From contig OX597842.1 of NCBI GenBank assembly GCA_951406725.2, forward strand, positions 992,001 to 1,056,000: 64,000 bases of DNA, written 5' to 3'. The notes beneath the pieces are model-generated. The model had not been told where the DNA came from. It searched no databases and saw only the letters and a program-made list of their open reading frames with translations. Shown piece after piece: positions 26,000 to 38,620 of this stretch. The DNA comes from Octopus vulgaris (taxonomy: Eukaryota). Within the stretch, counting starts at the first letter, position 1, and each line of letters starts with the position of its first letter. A program made the position numbers and the translations under genes.

Positions 26000-28398
26000 T
26001 CAGCGGCACAGGGGCAACGAGGTCCGGGGTACTTTGGGGATCGGGGTATTTTGGGGATCCAGGGTACTTTGGGGATCCGGGGTACTTTGGGGATCCGGGG
26101 TACTTAGAATGGGTAGGGGGTATGTGGAATTGCTGCAGAAAGCAGCCCGGGTCTTTGTAGTCACAGCATATCTCCAGAGATCTCGGTCCTTCGCCATTGC
26201 CTCAGTGAGGCCCAATGCTCTGAGGTCATGCTTGACCACCTCATCCCATGTCTTCCTGGGTCTACCTCTCCCCCTGATACCTTCAACTGTTTGGGAGTGG
26301 CACTTCTTCACACATCTCTCTTCATCCATCCGCAGCACATGACCATACCATCGCAAGCGTCGCTCTTGCACACCACATCTGATGCTTCTTATATCCAGCA
26401 TTTCTCTCAGGATACTTACACTCTGTTTTGCGTGCACACTGACACTACACATCCAGCGGATCATGCTAGCTTCATTTCTTTCAAGTCTACGCATGTCTTC
26501 TGCAGTCACAGCCCATGTTTCATTACCGTGAAGCATGGCAGTTCGCACACATGCATCATATAATCTACCTTTTGCTCTGAGGGAGAGGCCTTTTGTTGCC
26601 AGTAGGGGTAGGAGCTTTCTGAACTTTGCCCAGGCTATTCGTATTCTAGTGGTGATACTCTCTGTGCATCCACCTCCGCTACTAACTTGGTCTCCCAGGT
26701 AGCGGAAACTATCAACTACTTCTAGTTTCTCTCCCTGGAGTGTGATGGAATCTGTTTTCTGAGTGTCTGTTGTGTCTATTGTCCCTGTGCATCTGCCGCA
26801 CATGAAAGCTATCTTATCTGTTAATTTCCCTTTAATGTTGCTGCACCTCTTATGTGTCCATAACTTACATTGGGTGCATCTTATGGAGTTTCTACCTGTA
26901 CCTTTCCTACAGGTTGAGCAGGGCCACCTACCCGAGGGGATGTGTGTTGAGTACCTCTTGCTGCTTACTAATACTTTGGTCTTTGCTACATTTATTCTAA
27001 GGCCCTTTGATTCCAACCCTTGCTTCCATACCCGAAATTTCTCTTCTAGTTCCGGTAGTGATTCTGCTATGAGAGCTAGGTCATCGGCATAGAGGAGCTC
27101 CCAGGGGCATCCCGTTTTGAATTCCTCTGTTATTGCTTGAAGGACTATGATGAACAAAAGGGGACTGAGGGCTGAGCCCTGGTGCACACCTACTTCTACT
27201 CGGAATTCTTCACTATATTCGTTGCCAATCCTAACCTTGCTAACAGCCTCTCTGTATAGAGCCTGTACAGCCCTTATTAGCCATTCTTCAATCTCCAGTT
27301 TCCGCATCGACCACCAGATAAGGGAACGGGGAACCCTGTCAAAGGCTTTCTCCAAGTCTACAAAAGCTATGTAGAGGGGTTTATCTTTAGCTAGGTACTT
27401 CTCCTGCAGTTGTCGGACCAGGAATATAGCATCAGTGGTGCTTCTACCTGGTACAAAACCGAACTGCATTTCATCTAAACAAATTCTCTCCCTAATGAGA
27501 TTGGTTATGACCTTCTCTGAGACCTTCATCACCTGGTCCAACAGTTTGATACCTCTGTAGTTATTTCTATCTAGAGCATCACCCTTACCCTTGTAGCAGT
27601 TGACTATGGTACTGCTGCACCAGTCATTGGGTATGGCTCCATTGTGAACTACCTGGTTTACAATGCGGGTGACTATGGCATGGCCCACATAGCCAGCTGT
27701 TTTAAGCATCTCAGCAGTGATTCCTGATAGGCCAGGGGCTTTGCCTGGTTTCATATCCTTAATTGCCTTATCTACAAGGGAGCTGTCTATTCGGGTAGCT
27801 GGTCCCTCTACTGGGTCAACATTTGGCAGGCTCTCCTCCTCCCATTCATTCTCCTCATTTAGCAGTCTTTCATAATGGCTTCTCCAAGCCTCTTTCTTTT
27901 CACTAGTAGTAAAAGCAAGTGCCCCATCATCCATGCGGACACATTTCTCTCCTATAACATCGCTATTTTCTCTGACACACTGTCTGGCAATCCGAAATAC
28001 TTCAGCTCTTTGATCCTCGCGACGCTGGACATTGGCAAACTTCTTCTTTTCTGCTACATCTTTGGCAATGTATACCTGCCGCCCAGCCTCCCTTTTGGCT
28101 ATCTGGTACAGTTCCCTGCTGCCCCCATCCTTCCAGGCTTTCCAGGCCCGTCTCTTTTCACAGATGGCTTTATCTACTGCACTATTCCACCACCACGTAA
28201 TTCTAGGTCTGGAAGGGACTTTGCACCATCCACAAACTTGGTCTGTGGCACTCAACAAGCTGTCCCGTAGGAATTCCCAGCTACCTTCTATGTCTGACGT
28301 CTGAAGCTCCTCTTCCCTCTCATCAAATTTCTTGATGAGTATGTCCCTAAATTTCTGACCATGCGAAGGGTTCTTTAGCCTCCAAATCCTTCTTTTCT

Positions 28399-28400
<2 letters not shown>
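26000..28400 (-). CDS. LINE reverse transcriptase (RTE clade) with an embedded PHD-type zinc finger; N-terminally truncated
   Basis: ~800 uninterrupted codons with NYRGIKLL, QFGFVPGRST, FVDLEKAFDRV, GVHQGSALSP, LYADD, FRYLG, RLRWYGHV and RGRGRPRKTW. The annotated start (MNSPYIYIY) is a microsatellite artefact. Confidence 0.95.
26026..26105. repeat. 18-bp tandem repeat (GGGTACTTTGGGGATCCG) x~4.5 at the end of the LINE ORF
   Basis: Encodes STPDPQ repeats in the ORF tail. Confidence 0.85.
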
Positions 28401-28432
<32 letters not shown>

Positions 28433-28830
28433 AGAATTCACAAAAAAACAAAAGACAGACAGGTGGTGTAGACAACAAACAGATGTATTAGTATAACATT
28501 TGGGAAGTGAAAAAAATCTTTAACATTTCGAGCCTATGCTCTTCCACAGAAAGGAACACAGAAACAAAGAGAGAAAATAAAGAATGTGTAGTGGCAAGCG
28601 AATTATCAGCCGTACAGGCAAATTAATAAAATATATACATACAATATTAGATATGTACATATATACACAAGGGCACCACATGAGTACCTACATCACTAAA
28701 ATAGAAGTCAAAGATACTTCTGTATCACCGAATAGTTACAAATCTATTACAGACATGATAGGAAAAAATATCAGTGAACAATAATAACATCTTACCTCTA
28801 CTGCGTCAGAACAAGTAAATGCCGGTCAGC

Positions 28831-28886
28831 TTGGTACCGGTTTCAAAATTTAGCGCCAAATAGGAGCCTGATTTCTCATCAGCCAA
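28831..28886 (-). ncRNA. Type I hammerhead ribozyme motif, core intact
   Basis: Minus strand TTGG-CTGATGA-GAAAT-(21 nt)-ATTTT-GAAA-CCGG-TA-CCAA; palindromic ACCGGT, triplet GUA. Confidence 0.8.
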
Positions 28887-28983
28887 AGTCTCTATTTAAA
28901 TAGAAATTAAAATAGCCTCATTAAAGGATAACAATATCCAATGAATTACTGGTTCATTACCTATTATTATTTTTTTTTTGTGA

Positions 28984-29315
28984 AGGCGCAGGAGTGGCTG
29001 TGTGGTAAGTAGCTTGTTTACCAACCACATGGTCCCGGGTTCAGTCCCAATGTGTGGCACCTGGGACAAGTGTCTTCTACTATAGCCTCGGGCTGACCTT
29101 GTGAGTGGATTCGGTAGACAGAAACTGAAAGAAGCCCGTCGTATATCATCATCATCATCATCATCGTTTAACGTCCGCTTTCCATGCTAGCATGGGTTGG
29201 ACGGTTCAACTGGGGTCTGGCAAGCCCGAAGGCTGCACCAGGCCAGTCAGATCTGGCAGTGTTTCTACAGCTGGATGCCCTTCCTAACGCCAACCACTCC
29301 GAGAGTGTATATATG

Positions 29316-29370
<55 letters not shown>

Positions 29371-29705
29371 TTGTGTGTCTGTGTTTGTCCCCCTAGCATT
29401 GCTTGACAACCGATGCTGGTGTGTTTATGTCCCTGTCACTTAGCGGTTCAGCAAAAGAGACCGATAGAATAAGTACTGGGCTTACAAAGAATAAGTCCCG
29501 GGGTCGAGTTGCTCGACTAAAGGCGGTGCCCCAGCATGGCCGCAGTCAAAATGACTGAAACAAGTAAAAGAGTAAAAGAGAAAAGAGACCAATAGAATAA
29601 GTACTAGGCTTACAAAGAATAAGCCCTGGGTAGATTTGCTCAAATAAAGGCGGTGCTCCAGCATGGCCACAGTCAAATGACTGAAACAAGTAAAAGAGTA
29701 AAGAG
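28984..29705 (+). mobile_element. SINE A with an RTE 3'-end insertion (29145-29305, minus) and a duplicated tail
   Basis: Head at 28984; the RTE tail sits in the internal TA tract; the ~120-bp tail module occurs twice. Confidence 0.88.
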
Positions 29706-31267
29706 AGGGTAAAGAGCAATATTCATAAAATAATAGGTTTAAGTATAAATCTTGGTTTATAAATATTCAAATTAAAATTCAGAAAATGGAGCTATAGTAT
29801 TAATATAATTTGATAACTGCAAAAATCCAACATATTCACTTATAGCTGCTTTTAACTTTTCCCAAAGAATTAAATTCCAATAATTAAAAACATTATATTA
29901 GGCAAAATCTCATTAGAAGAACAGAAAATACATACTGTTAGGTTATTAGATGTTATGCTACCAAATTATCTCAACAGACAGAATACTATTTAATTACTAA
30001 TATTGGTATAAACTTTGGCCAGAGGGCAATAGGTTGTATAATGGTTATAATTGGTAAATAAAGGTTAGATGGTGAGTTACAGTAACTAATAGTTATTATA
30101 TGAATGAGAAAATAAATAAGTGAATACTTTTGTAATTTGTTTACAAGATTGATGGAATTAATGTGAAAAACAGGTAAAACATAAAATAAAAGTAGTCAGA
30201 ATGGATGTTCATCTTTTTATATATACTGTTCTAATATATACATACATATACATTCAAGATATACACTTCTAGGTAATAATTTTAATTTGTGTGTGTGTGT
30301 ATCTCTTATTATAAAAGGCAGATTTTATCTGCCTCCCTTTGTCTCTTATAGAAATCTACAATATAGGATTTCTTCAATTACAATTTACCTAGCGTTTTTA
30401 AGAGTATAATAAATCGGGTCGTGCCAGGTCCAGTTTTTCAAATTTCAACCCCAATTAAGCAAAATTTCGAGAAAACTCACATTGTGGTGTGTAAGTGAAG
30501 TGCTTTTCTTAGTGTGGGCTACAGCACACACACACACACAAAAACGGAGCGATCTGCTTCACTCACGCTATCACCCTAATTTCTCCTCCTTTCTCTTTGC
30601 AAGTGTGCAACAATTAAAGTGAAAGTATTTATATAAAACGGATCACTCATGCTATCACCATAATTTCTCATACTTTCTCTTTGCAAGTGTACCTTAAACC
30701 ACTACTCAAAAAAAAAAAACACAGCAAACAGAAACAAATAAATACATAACGATTTACTCCTCACACAATTTCTTCAATTAGAGTTTACCTATGATTTTTC
30801 AAAGTACTTCCATTCGGTCATGACATACAAAATTTCTTTCAATTTCACCCCCATTTCAGAAAACATTTGAGAAAACTACATTTCACTTCAAAGCCTTTAC
30901 TCTGCATATTACTCCCACTTCCTCTTTACACACATGGACACGCAAATATATAAATAAAATTGTAAGCTAACGTGTGTGTGTGTGTGTGAGTGTGTGTGTG
31001 TGTGCGTGTGTGTGCGTGTGAGGGTGCGTGTGTGTGTGTGACAAGGATGAGCCAGTCAGACTGGTCATCCTTTTTGCTATACCACTGGTTTTCAGTTCAT
31101 ATTCATCAAATTAATATTCACAACAAGAAGGCCTATTCATTATTATACATCAGTTCCACACATTTACCCTGGATCCATTTCGGACAACTGCACAAACATT
31201 TGCCATTTCACACATGTATGTAAACAAATTCCTTTCTTAAAAATTTCAATTCATTTTATTTTTCAAT

Positions 31268-31800
31268 TCATACAAAGTTTTTTAGGACGAATATAAGATC
31301 TAAAGTATATCCAAGTAGCAGAAAGATCGCCCAAAAGTGTATATAGATATTTAAATGTATTTATATATTCAACTATACACAGATGTATGTATAATGTGTG
31401 TGTATATATTTCCATAGAGGTAACCATTCACTCCATACAAAGTTATTTAGGACGAATATAAGATCTAAAGTTATCTCTAAGTAGCAGAAAGATCGCCCAA
31501 AAGTGTATATAGATATATAAATGTATTTATATATTCATTTATGCACACATGTATGTATAACGTGTGTGTATATATTTCCATAGAGGTAACCATTCACTCC
31601 AAACAAAGTTTTTTAGGACGAAAATAAGATCTAAAGTTATCTCTAAGAAAAAGAAAGATCGCCCAAAAGTGTATATAGATATTTAAATGTATTTATATAT
31701 TCATCTATACACACATGTATATATATTCATCTATACACACGTGTATATATTTCCATAGAGGTAACCATTCAATCCATACAAAGTTTTTTAGGACGAAAAT
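31268..31800. repeat. ~165-bp tandem repeat, 3 units plus a partial, inside the Helitron
   Basis: CATACAAAGTTTTTTAGGACGAA recurs at ~31269, 31434, 31599 and 31774. Confidence 0.9.
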
Positions 31801-32048
31801 TTTTATATATAAAAGAAAGGTTGTGTGTCTGTCTACTCCGATTTAGATTCCTAACTACTCCCACATTTTGCGATGCAGTTTAACCAAAACCGGGTATCTT
31901 ATAGTCGTGATTCATATCGAGCCCTTCTGGGTATTAGCACGCGTCTACGATGAGTCTACGATTTTACAAATAATTTACCATCATTTTTTTCCATTTTAAT
32001 GCATATTTTTTTTAATAAAGGGAAGTAACTCTCAAACTTCACACCAAT

Positions 32049-32570
32049 ATGCGTGCTCATATGCAACGTAATATCACATCAGCAGCATTTCCTCACACAC
32101 TCCTTGCACTTGGCGAAGGCAAAATACCAGGGGATGAAAATGGTAATATTGCCATCGATTCCATTTGTACCATTGTTAAGACGCCTTCTGATCTCAGAGA
32201 TGCAGTGTTCCCAGATTTACAAGCTAATTATCAGAATATGGATTGGATTGGCCAAAGGGCTATTCTGGCCCCGATGAATAAAACTGTTCACCATATTAAT
32301 GATGAAATGCTAAAACTCATTCCTGGGGAAGTCTATGTATATCAGTCTATCGATACAACTCCTGACCCAGAGGACGTCATCAACTATCCAATAGAGGTAC
32401 TCAATTCCTTTGAGCACCCCGGACTACCACCACACTTTCTCAAACTTAAAGTTGGTGCCCCTATAATGCTCATTAGAAATTTGGTTCCCCCAAAACAATG
32501 CAATGGCACACGTTTGATCGTTAAGTCCTTATCTCCCACCGTAAACTTATATCAATATTTGCCTGAATAA
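32049..32570 (+). pseudogene. Helitron RepHel PIF1-family helicase fragment
   Basis: LLALGEG, RAILAPMN, LPPHFLKLKVGAPIMLIRNL and QCNGTRL are PIF1/Helitron helicase motifs; Walker A/B and the Rep domain are missing. Confidence 0.9.
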
Positions 32571-32932
32571 TCATCATAATTCAGTGCAATCATTAACAGT
32601 ACTTTCAAGCAATTCAGCCTCGAGCAACGCCGGCCAATTCTGCTAGTATATATATATATAGGTAATATGGTCTAATTATAAACAAGACAAATTTTTGTCA
32701 TTTCCCCACAGACAGAAAAAATGATGAACAACTGTAATCAATTTTTGAACCTTATTGGTTTCTCATCAGGGATGTCTGCATCATTTTGATAGTCTCCAGA
32801 GAAACCATCAGCCAAACTGTTTATATACTCAACAAATGCAGCAGTTACTCTATGAATACCAGTGGCCTGTCAATGGGGATCTTAGTCCACAAAGTCTCAA
32901 GGTATGATATAATATATATGTAACATATAGCA

Positions 32933-32976
<44 letters not shown>

Positions 32977-33015
32977 TGTATATTGTAAGAAATATGAACG
33001 CACATGGTCGCATTG

Positions 33016-33791
33016 TGTAGGGAATACGATCGCACGTGGTCATATTCTTAACGAATTATTATAAGCCATAAATACAATGCAGTACCAAAAGAACATAGTT
33101 GAATTGACGACAAGCCTTCGGTTGAGAGATAAATATTATTTTATTTACAATCGTGCTGATGTTAGAAGTTTGCAAGTGTTAGCACGTATGTGCGTATGCA
33201 ACACGTTTTTGTGTCTGTGTGTTCGTGTGTGTGACAGATACAATCAGGGTGAATGCGTGTGGCATAGAAAGGTACAACGCATAGAGTTAATAATGGAAAT
33301 TGGTTTACAGTTTGTGTGGCGAAAATGTTAGCGGTGACTCAAAGTTGGTACATGATGGTGGCGACGGCGAAGATAGTAGGTTTTCTGTGGTGAGTGTACA
33401 TTGGCGTCGTCACTAGTTGTAGCAGGAGCAATCGTATATCGCCGGGTTGAGTAGCACTGTGGTCTGAAGTTAGTCCTTACAAGGACTGGAACCAAAGACG
33501 CTTGGTGAAGGGATTCACTCTCTTATATACAAGTAAGGTGGCTCAAACGAGCCTAAGAAATGGGACCTTAACCAAAGGCCGTGATTGGTTGGCTTGGGAC
33601 AGTGGCACGGAATGAGTAGAGACAAATCGCGTCACATGTCAACCAATCAGGTCAGTGGTTACAACAGGAACAACTCGGCCAAAGATGGCTGTAACCTCAA
33701 ACGAGATCATTCCTGTCGTGTCTTTCAAAAAGTGAGGATATCAGAAACCGCTACAGTCATATTTCAAAATGGCTGAAACTGCCATGCTACA
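33016..33791 (-). mobile_element. Probable solo LTR
   Basis: GC-richer 776-bp block bounded by TGTAG...CTACA. On the minus strand a TATATAA (~33525) precedes AATAAA (~33143). No clean target-site duplication. Confidence 0.6.
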
Positions 33792-33849
33792 TCATATTTA
33801 ATTTTTTGTATTTTGTTTTAAAGATTCTTTATGTGAATTTGTGTGTTGG

Positions 33850-34075
33850 AGCATATTTTATTTCGTTTGGGGAGTGTCATTCTCTTTTAGTGCATATTTA
33901 ATTAACACACTCACTGGTTCAATTTCCACTAATTTAATTACTTATTTTTTCTTAAATTTTCATTGCTTCTTGCAACCTTTTCAATAAAAATTTTACAAAA
34001 AATAAATAAGTTGATGAGTGGAAATTGAACCGGTGTGTGTATATGTATTTAAAACAGAATGACTCTCCCCAGGCA
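33850..34075. repeat. Imperfect inverted repeat
   Basis: GGGGAGTGTCATTCT..ACTGGTTCAATTTCCACT is mirrored by AGTGGAAATTGAACCGGT..AGAATGACTCTCCCC. Confidence 0.8.
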
Positions 34076-34082
34076 CAACAGT

Positions 34083-34113
<31 letters not shown>

Positions 34114-34314
34114 TATATATATATTAAACACTTTATTGAAATAAAAAAGTTTCCTCAAAATAAAACATATACAAAGTATATTTATAGCAACTCACACACA
34201 CACATATATATACATATAATCACCATACACTCAACAACCACATACATACTCTCTCACACACACACAACTATTTTACCCGAACATGCACCCCAGCATTCCC
34301 ATACACACATACCA

Positions 34315-34710
34315 CTCTTTTACTTATTTCAGTCATTTGACTTGCGGCCATGCTGGAGCACCGCCTTTAATCGAGCAACTCGACCCCGGGACTTATTCTT
34401 TTGTAAGCCCAGTACTTATTCTATCGGTCTCTTTTGCCGAACCGCTAAGTAACGGGGACATAAACACACCAGCATCGGTTGTCAAGCAATGCTAGGGGGA
34501 CAAACACAGACACACAAACACACACACGCATATATATACATATATACGACGGGCTTCTTTCAGTTTCCGTCTACCAAATCCACTCACAAGGCCTTGGTCG
34601 GCCCGAGGCTATAGTAGAAGACACTTGCCCAAGGTGCCACGCAGTGGGACTGAACCCGGAACCATGTGGTTGGTAAACAAGCTACTTACCATACAGCCAC
34701 TCCTGCACCT
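34315..34710 (-). mobile_element. SINE A, near-consensus copy
   Basis: Retains most CpGs; complete head to tail. Confidence 0.92.
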
Positions 34711-35109
34711 TACACTAAAATTATAAGCAAGGCTAACCCAAGTAATTTTGGATGAACGGGTTTATCTTTTAGTATCTTGTGTCATTAAAGCATAGAAAGT
34801 GTATATTTTTCTTTTAAGAGCACTTTTATGTAGGTTTTCTAAAACTTTAGGGAGACAACCTCCATGAAATGGCACAGTACAGGATGTAGCCTCTTTGGGT
34901 GCAGGGCCCAACTGGGAGCAATTGGTCCAATTGGCTTAAGGCCAGCCCTGCATATACAACACAAACACAATGACACACACACAGATACACATACAGGCAT
35001 ACATATATACACACACACATATATATATTTAATAATTAAGGATAAAATCTTTAAAATTTTCTCAAGTAGTCAGCATGTATAAGTAATATTTAATACAAAT
35101 ATATATAAT

Positions 35110-35154
<45 letters not shown>

Positions 35155-35216
35155 TTTATTTAGAAGCAGCAGAAATTCAACAAAACCTGTTACTCAGAGT
35201 TTCACGTTCCTGTTTG

Positions 35217-35254
<38 letters not shown>

Positions 35255-35814
35255 AGATAGATAGATAGAGAGAGAGATAAATAGATAGATTATAAGTAAT
35301 ATTTAATACAAATATATATATATATTTATTTTTATTTTTATTTTATCTAGTTTCAGCTCACGAGCTGTGGCCATGCTGGGGCACCGCCATATACTTTATT
35401 TAAAAGCAGCAGAAATTCAACAAAACCTGTTACTCGGTGTTTCACGTTCCCATTTGTCGGACAGTTTTGTTTTTACTCTGGTATATATATATATATATTT
35501 TTACTCCAGTATATATATATATATATGATGATGATGATGATATATATATATATATATATATAGATAGATAGATAGATAGATAGATATAGATATTTATAAT
35601 GATATATGTATATGCATATATTACGGAGATGTACTTGCATAGCTAGTGACATGATCTGAGATTGTGTGCTGAAACAAAAACAATTGCAGGGTGGAAGGTG
35701 TTTATAAGGCATTTAAGAAACACACAAGAACCGTTAGATTCACTTCAACATTTAAATTTAATTTGCCAAAATATTTTCATTGCTTTGAGACTGCGACCTG
35801 ATCACTGACAAAGT

Positions 35815-35848
<34 letters not shown>

Positions 35849-35944
35849 CATGTGTATGTATGTGTGTATATGATATACATACATGTGTAAAGAGATATAC
35901 ATATTCACATATATTTACACATATATACATACATAAACATACCC

Positions 35945-35975
<31 letters not shown>

Positions 35976-36199
35976 AAAATACATGCCCACATTCATATCT
36001 AAATCATGCTTGTCTGTCTGTCTGTTTCGCTCTCTCTATACATACATACATACATATATACATACATACATATATATATATATTACTATCGTAAATGTGA
36101 GGGTAATAAATTGAAATACTTTTTCACCAGTGGTTAGCATGCATAAATAAAATTCATAAGACAACATATTTATATTATATATAATTCATTCATTGGTAC

Positions 36200-36267
36200 T
36201 TCTGCTGATGAGCTACAGATTCCAAATAAGTATATTTGGCAATTAATAGCGAAACTCGAGCCCAGGA
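36200..36267 (+). ncRNA. Hammerhead motif with one core substitution
   Basis: TTCTG-CTGATGA-GCTA-(CCAAATA..TATTTGG)-TAGC-GAAA-CTCGAG-CC-CAGGA; GCC stands where GUC is expected. Confidence 0.7.
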
Positions 36268-36469
36268 TTAACTAATTCATTTTCTGTTCATGCCTCATGA
36301 ATTCTCTTTTTGCAGTTTGATTTTAACTAGTCTTTTTTGAATGCAAGGAGTCCTGTCAATGGGCTCCTCTTTGTGTATAAAAGAATTCTATACACTCATA
36401 TATATATCTTTTTATATACATACATACACACATATATATACATATATATATATATATACACACACACAC

Positions 36470-36509
<40 letters not shown>

Positions 36510-36529
36510 CATGCATACATATACATACA

Positions 36530-36566
<37 letters not shown>

Positions 36567-36570
<4 letters not shown>

Positions 36571-36773
36571 TCATCATCATCATCATCGTTTAACGTCCGT
36601 TCTCCATGCTAGCATGGGTTGGACGGTTTGACCGGGGATCTGGGAAGCCAGAAGGCTGCACCAGGCTCCAGTCTTATCTAGCAGTGTTTCTACAGCTGGA
36701 TGCCCTTCCTAACGCCAACCACTCCGTGAGTGTAGTGGGTGCTTTTTACGTGCCACCTGCACAGGTGCCAGGC

Positions 36774-36776
<3 letters not shown>
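36567..36776 (-). mobile_element. RTE LINE 3' end inserted in (TA)n
   Basis: (CAT)n CGTTTAACGTCCG...GGATGCCCTTCCTAACGCC, with TA tracts on both sides. Confidence 0.9.
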
Positions 36777-36805
<29 letters not shown>

Positions 36806-36809
<4 letters not shown>

Positions 36810-37073
36810 AAACATTTTTTCACGCTGAGAGTTGCTGAAGCATGGAACAACCTGCCGGCATCAGTTGTTAGTTGTCGGAGCACTGCATCCTTCAAAACTT
36901 CCATGCTTCCTGAGATTCGCCAACACTACACCTGATTTTCTCCCCTCCATACACACACAAGCATGTGTCTGACTCATACACTGTTTGCTTTCCAGACATT
37001 TGTACATTACTGCATATGCATTATACGCACTTTTGACAAGTTGTGGGGCACCTGAGCACAGTATACAATAATT

Positions 37074-37105
<32 letters not shown>
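36806..37105 (+). mobile_element. CR1/L2-group LINE 3' end with (ATT)n tail
   Basis: RKHFFTLRVAEAWNNLPASVVSCRSTASFK motif, stop codon, short UTR, (ATT)n. Confidence 0.8.
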
Positions 37106-37113
<8 letters not shown>

Positions 37114-37401
37114 GCTTATGTATATAATTGTGTGTGTATATGTCATCATAATCGTTGTTGTTAAGGAGCTGTGGAATCTCCTTAATAACAGCAACAACAA
37201 ACATAAAATCTCCACCACCAACAGCAACAACATCCACCACTGTCATCACCACCTCCACCACTGCTACTACTGGCAACAATGACAACAACAACAGCAGCAC
37301 ATTCGAAAACAATGACACTCCACCGAATGAAGTGGTATGGCTGTATGGCTTGGCTGAGTAGTCATTTAAGAGGCTCCTTATTCTTCCAGCAGACACAGAC
37401 A

Positions 37402-37423
37402 ATGATGGTGATGATGGTGATGA

Positions 37424-37457
<34 letters not shown>

Positions 37458-37936
37458 GATGATGATGGTGATGATGATGATCATGGTGATGGTGGTGATG
37501 GTGATGATGATGGTGATGATGATGATGATAATAATGGTGATGATAATGGTGATGATGATGATGGTGATGGTGATGATGATGGTGATGGTGATGATGATGA
37601 TGGTGATGATGGTGATGATGGTGATGATGATGATGATGGTGATGATGATGGTGATGATGATGATGATGATGGTGATGATGGTGATGATGGTGATGATGGT
37701 GATGATGATGGTGATGATGATGATGATGGTGATGATGATGGTGATGATGATGGTGATGGTGATGATGATGGTGATGATGATGATGGTGATGATGGTCGTG
37801 ATGATGATGATGGTGATGATGGTTGTAATGATGATGGTGGTAATGGTGATGATGGTGATGGTGATGATGATGATGGTGATGATGATGATGGTGATGATGA
37901 TGGTGATGGTGATGATGATGGTGATGATGATGATGG

Positions 37937-38024
<88 letters not shown>

Positions 38025-38620
38025 GGTGATGATGATAGTGATAATGACGGTGATGGTGATGATGATGATGATGATGATGGTGATGATGGTGATAACAATA
38101 AGAAAAATTAATGGTAATAATATTAATAATAATGAGGAGGAAGAGAAGACGTAGTAGCAACATCATCACTAGAAGTAGTAGAGTAGTAGTTGTTGTTGTT
38201 GTAGTAGTTGTAGCAGCAGCAGTAGTAGTAACAGTAATAGTGGTTGTTGTAGTTGTGGAAGTAGTAGTTGTAATAGCTGCTGTAGGAGTAGTTGTAGTAG
38301 TAGTATGTTGTTGCAGTAGCAAAAATAGAAGTACTTGTAGTAGCAGTAGTAGTAGTAGTAGTAGGTGGTAGTGGTAGTACCAGGTGGTGGTAGTATTAGT
38401 AGTAGTAGCAGATGGTGGTAGTGGTGGTAGTATTAGTAGGTGGTGGTAGTAGTAGTAGTAGTAGCAGTAGATGGTGATATTTGTAGCAGTAGGTGATAGT
38501 AGTAATAGAAGTAGTAGTAGTAGTAGTAATAGTCGTAGCAGCAGGTGATGGTAGTTTTAGTAGGTGGTGGTGGTAGTAGTAGTAGTAGTAGTTGTAGTAG
38601 TAGTAGTAGTGGCAGCAGTT
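37402..38620. repeat. Very long (GAT)n/(GGT) tract followed by a (GTA)n-rich tract
   Basis: Directly visible; ~690 bp of GAT/GGT triplets. Confidence 0.97.

Larger units (their letters stand above)
25752..28400 (-). mobile_element. 5'-truncated RTE-clade LINE with (GAT)n tail
   Basis: RT ORF plus a 3' UTR with GGCGTTAGGAAGGGCATCCAGCC and a (GAT)n tail. The 5' break abuts (TA)n; the apurinic endonuclease domain is absent. Confidence 0.95.
30302..32646 (+). mobile_element. Non-autonomous Helitron with both termini
   Basis: A|TCTCTTATTATAAAA 5' end; 3' end GAGCAACGCCGGCCAATTCTG-CTAG|T (A|T target). Contains an internal PIF1 helicase fragment and a tandem array. Confidence 0.8.

Noticed and set aside
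28401-28441. Annotated start of the 813-aa ORF
   Set aside because: Lies in (TA)n and an unrelated repeat; the LINE is 5'-truncated at ~28400.
37279-38322. 291-314 aa poly-Met/Val and poly-His ORFs
   Set aside because: Translations of a (GAT)n/(GGT) microsatellite; no coding evidence.
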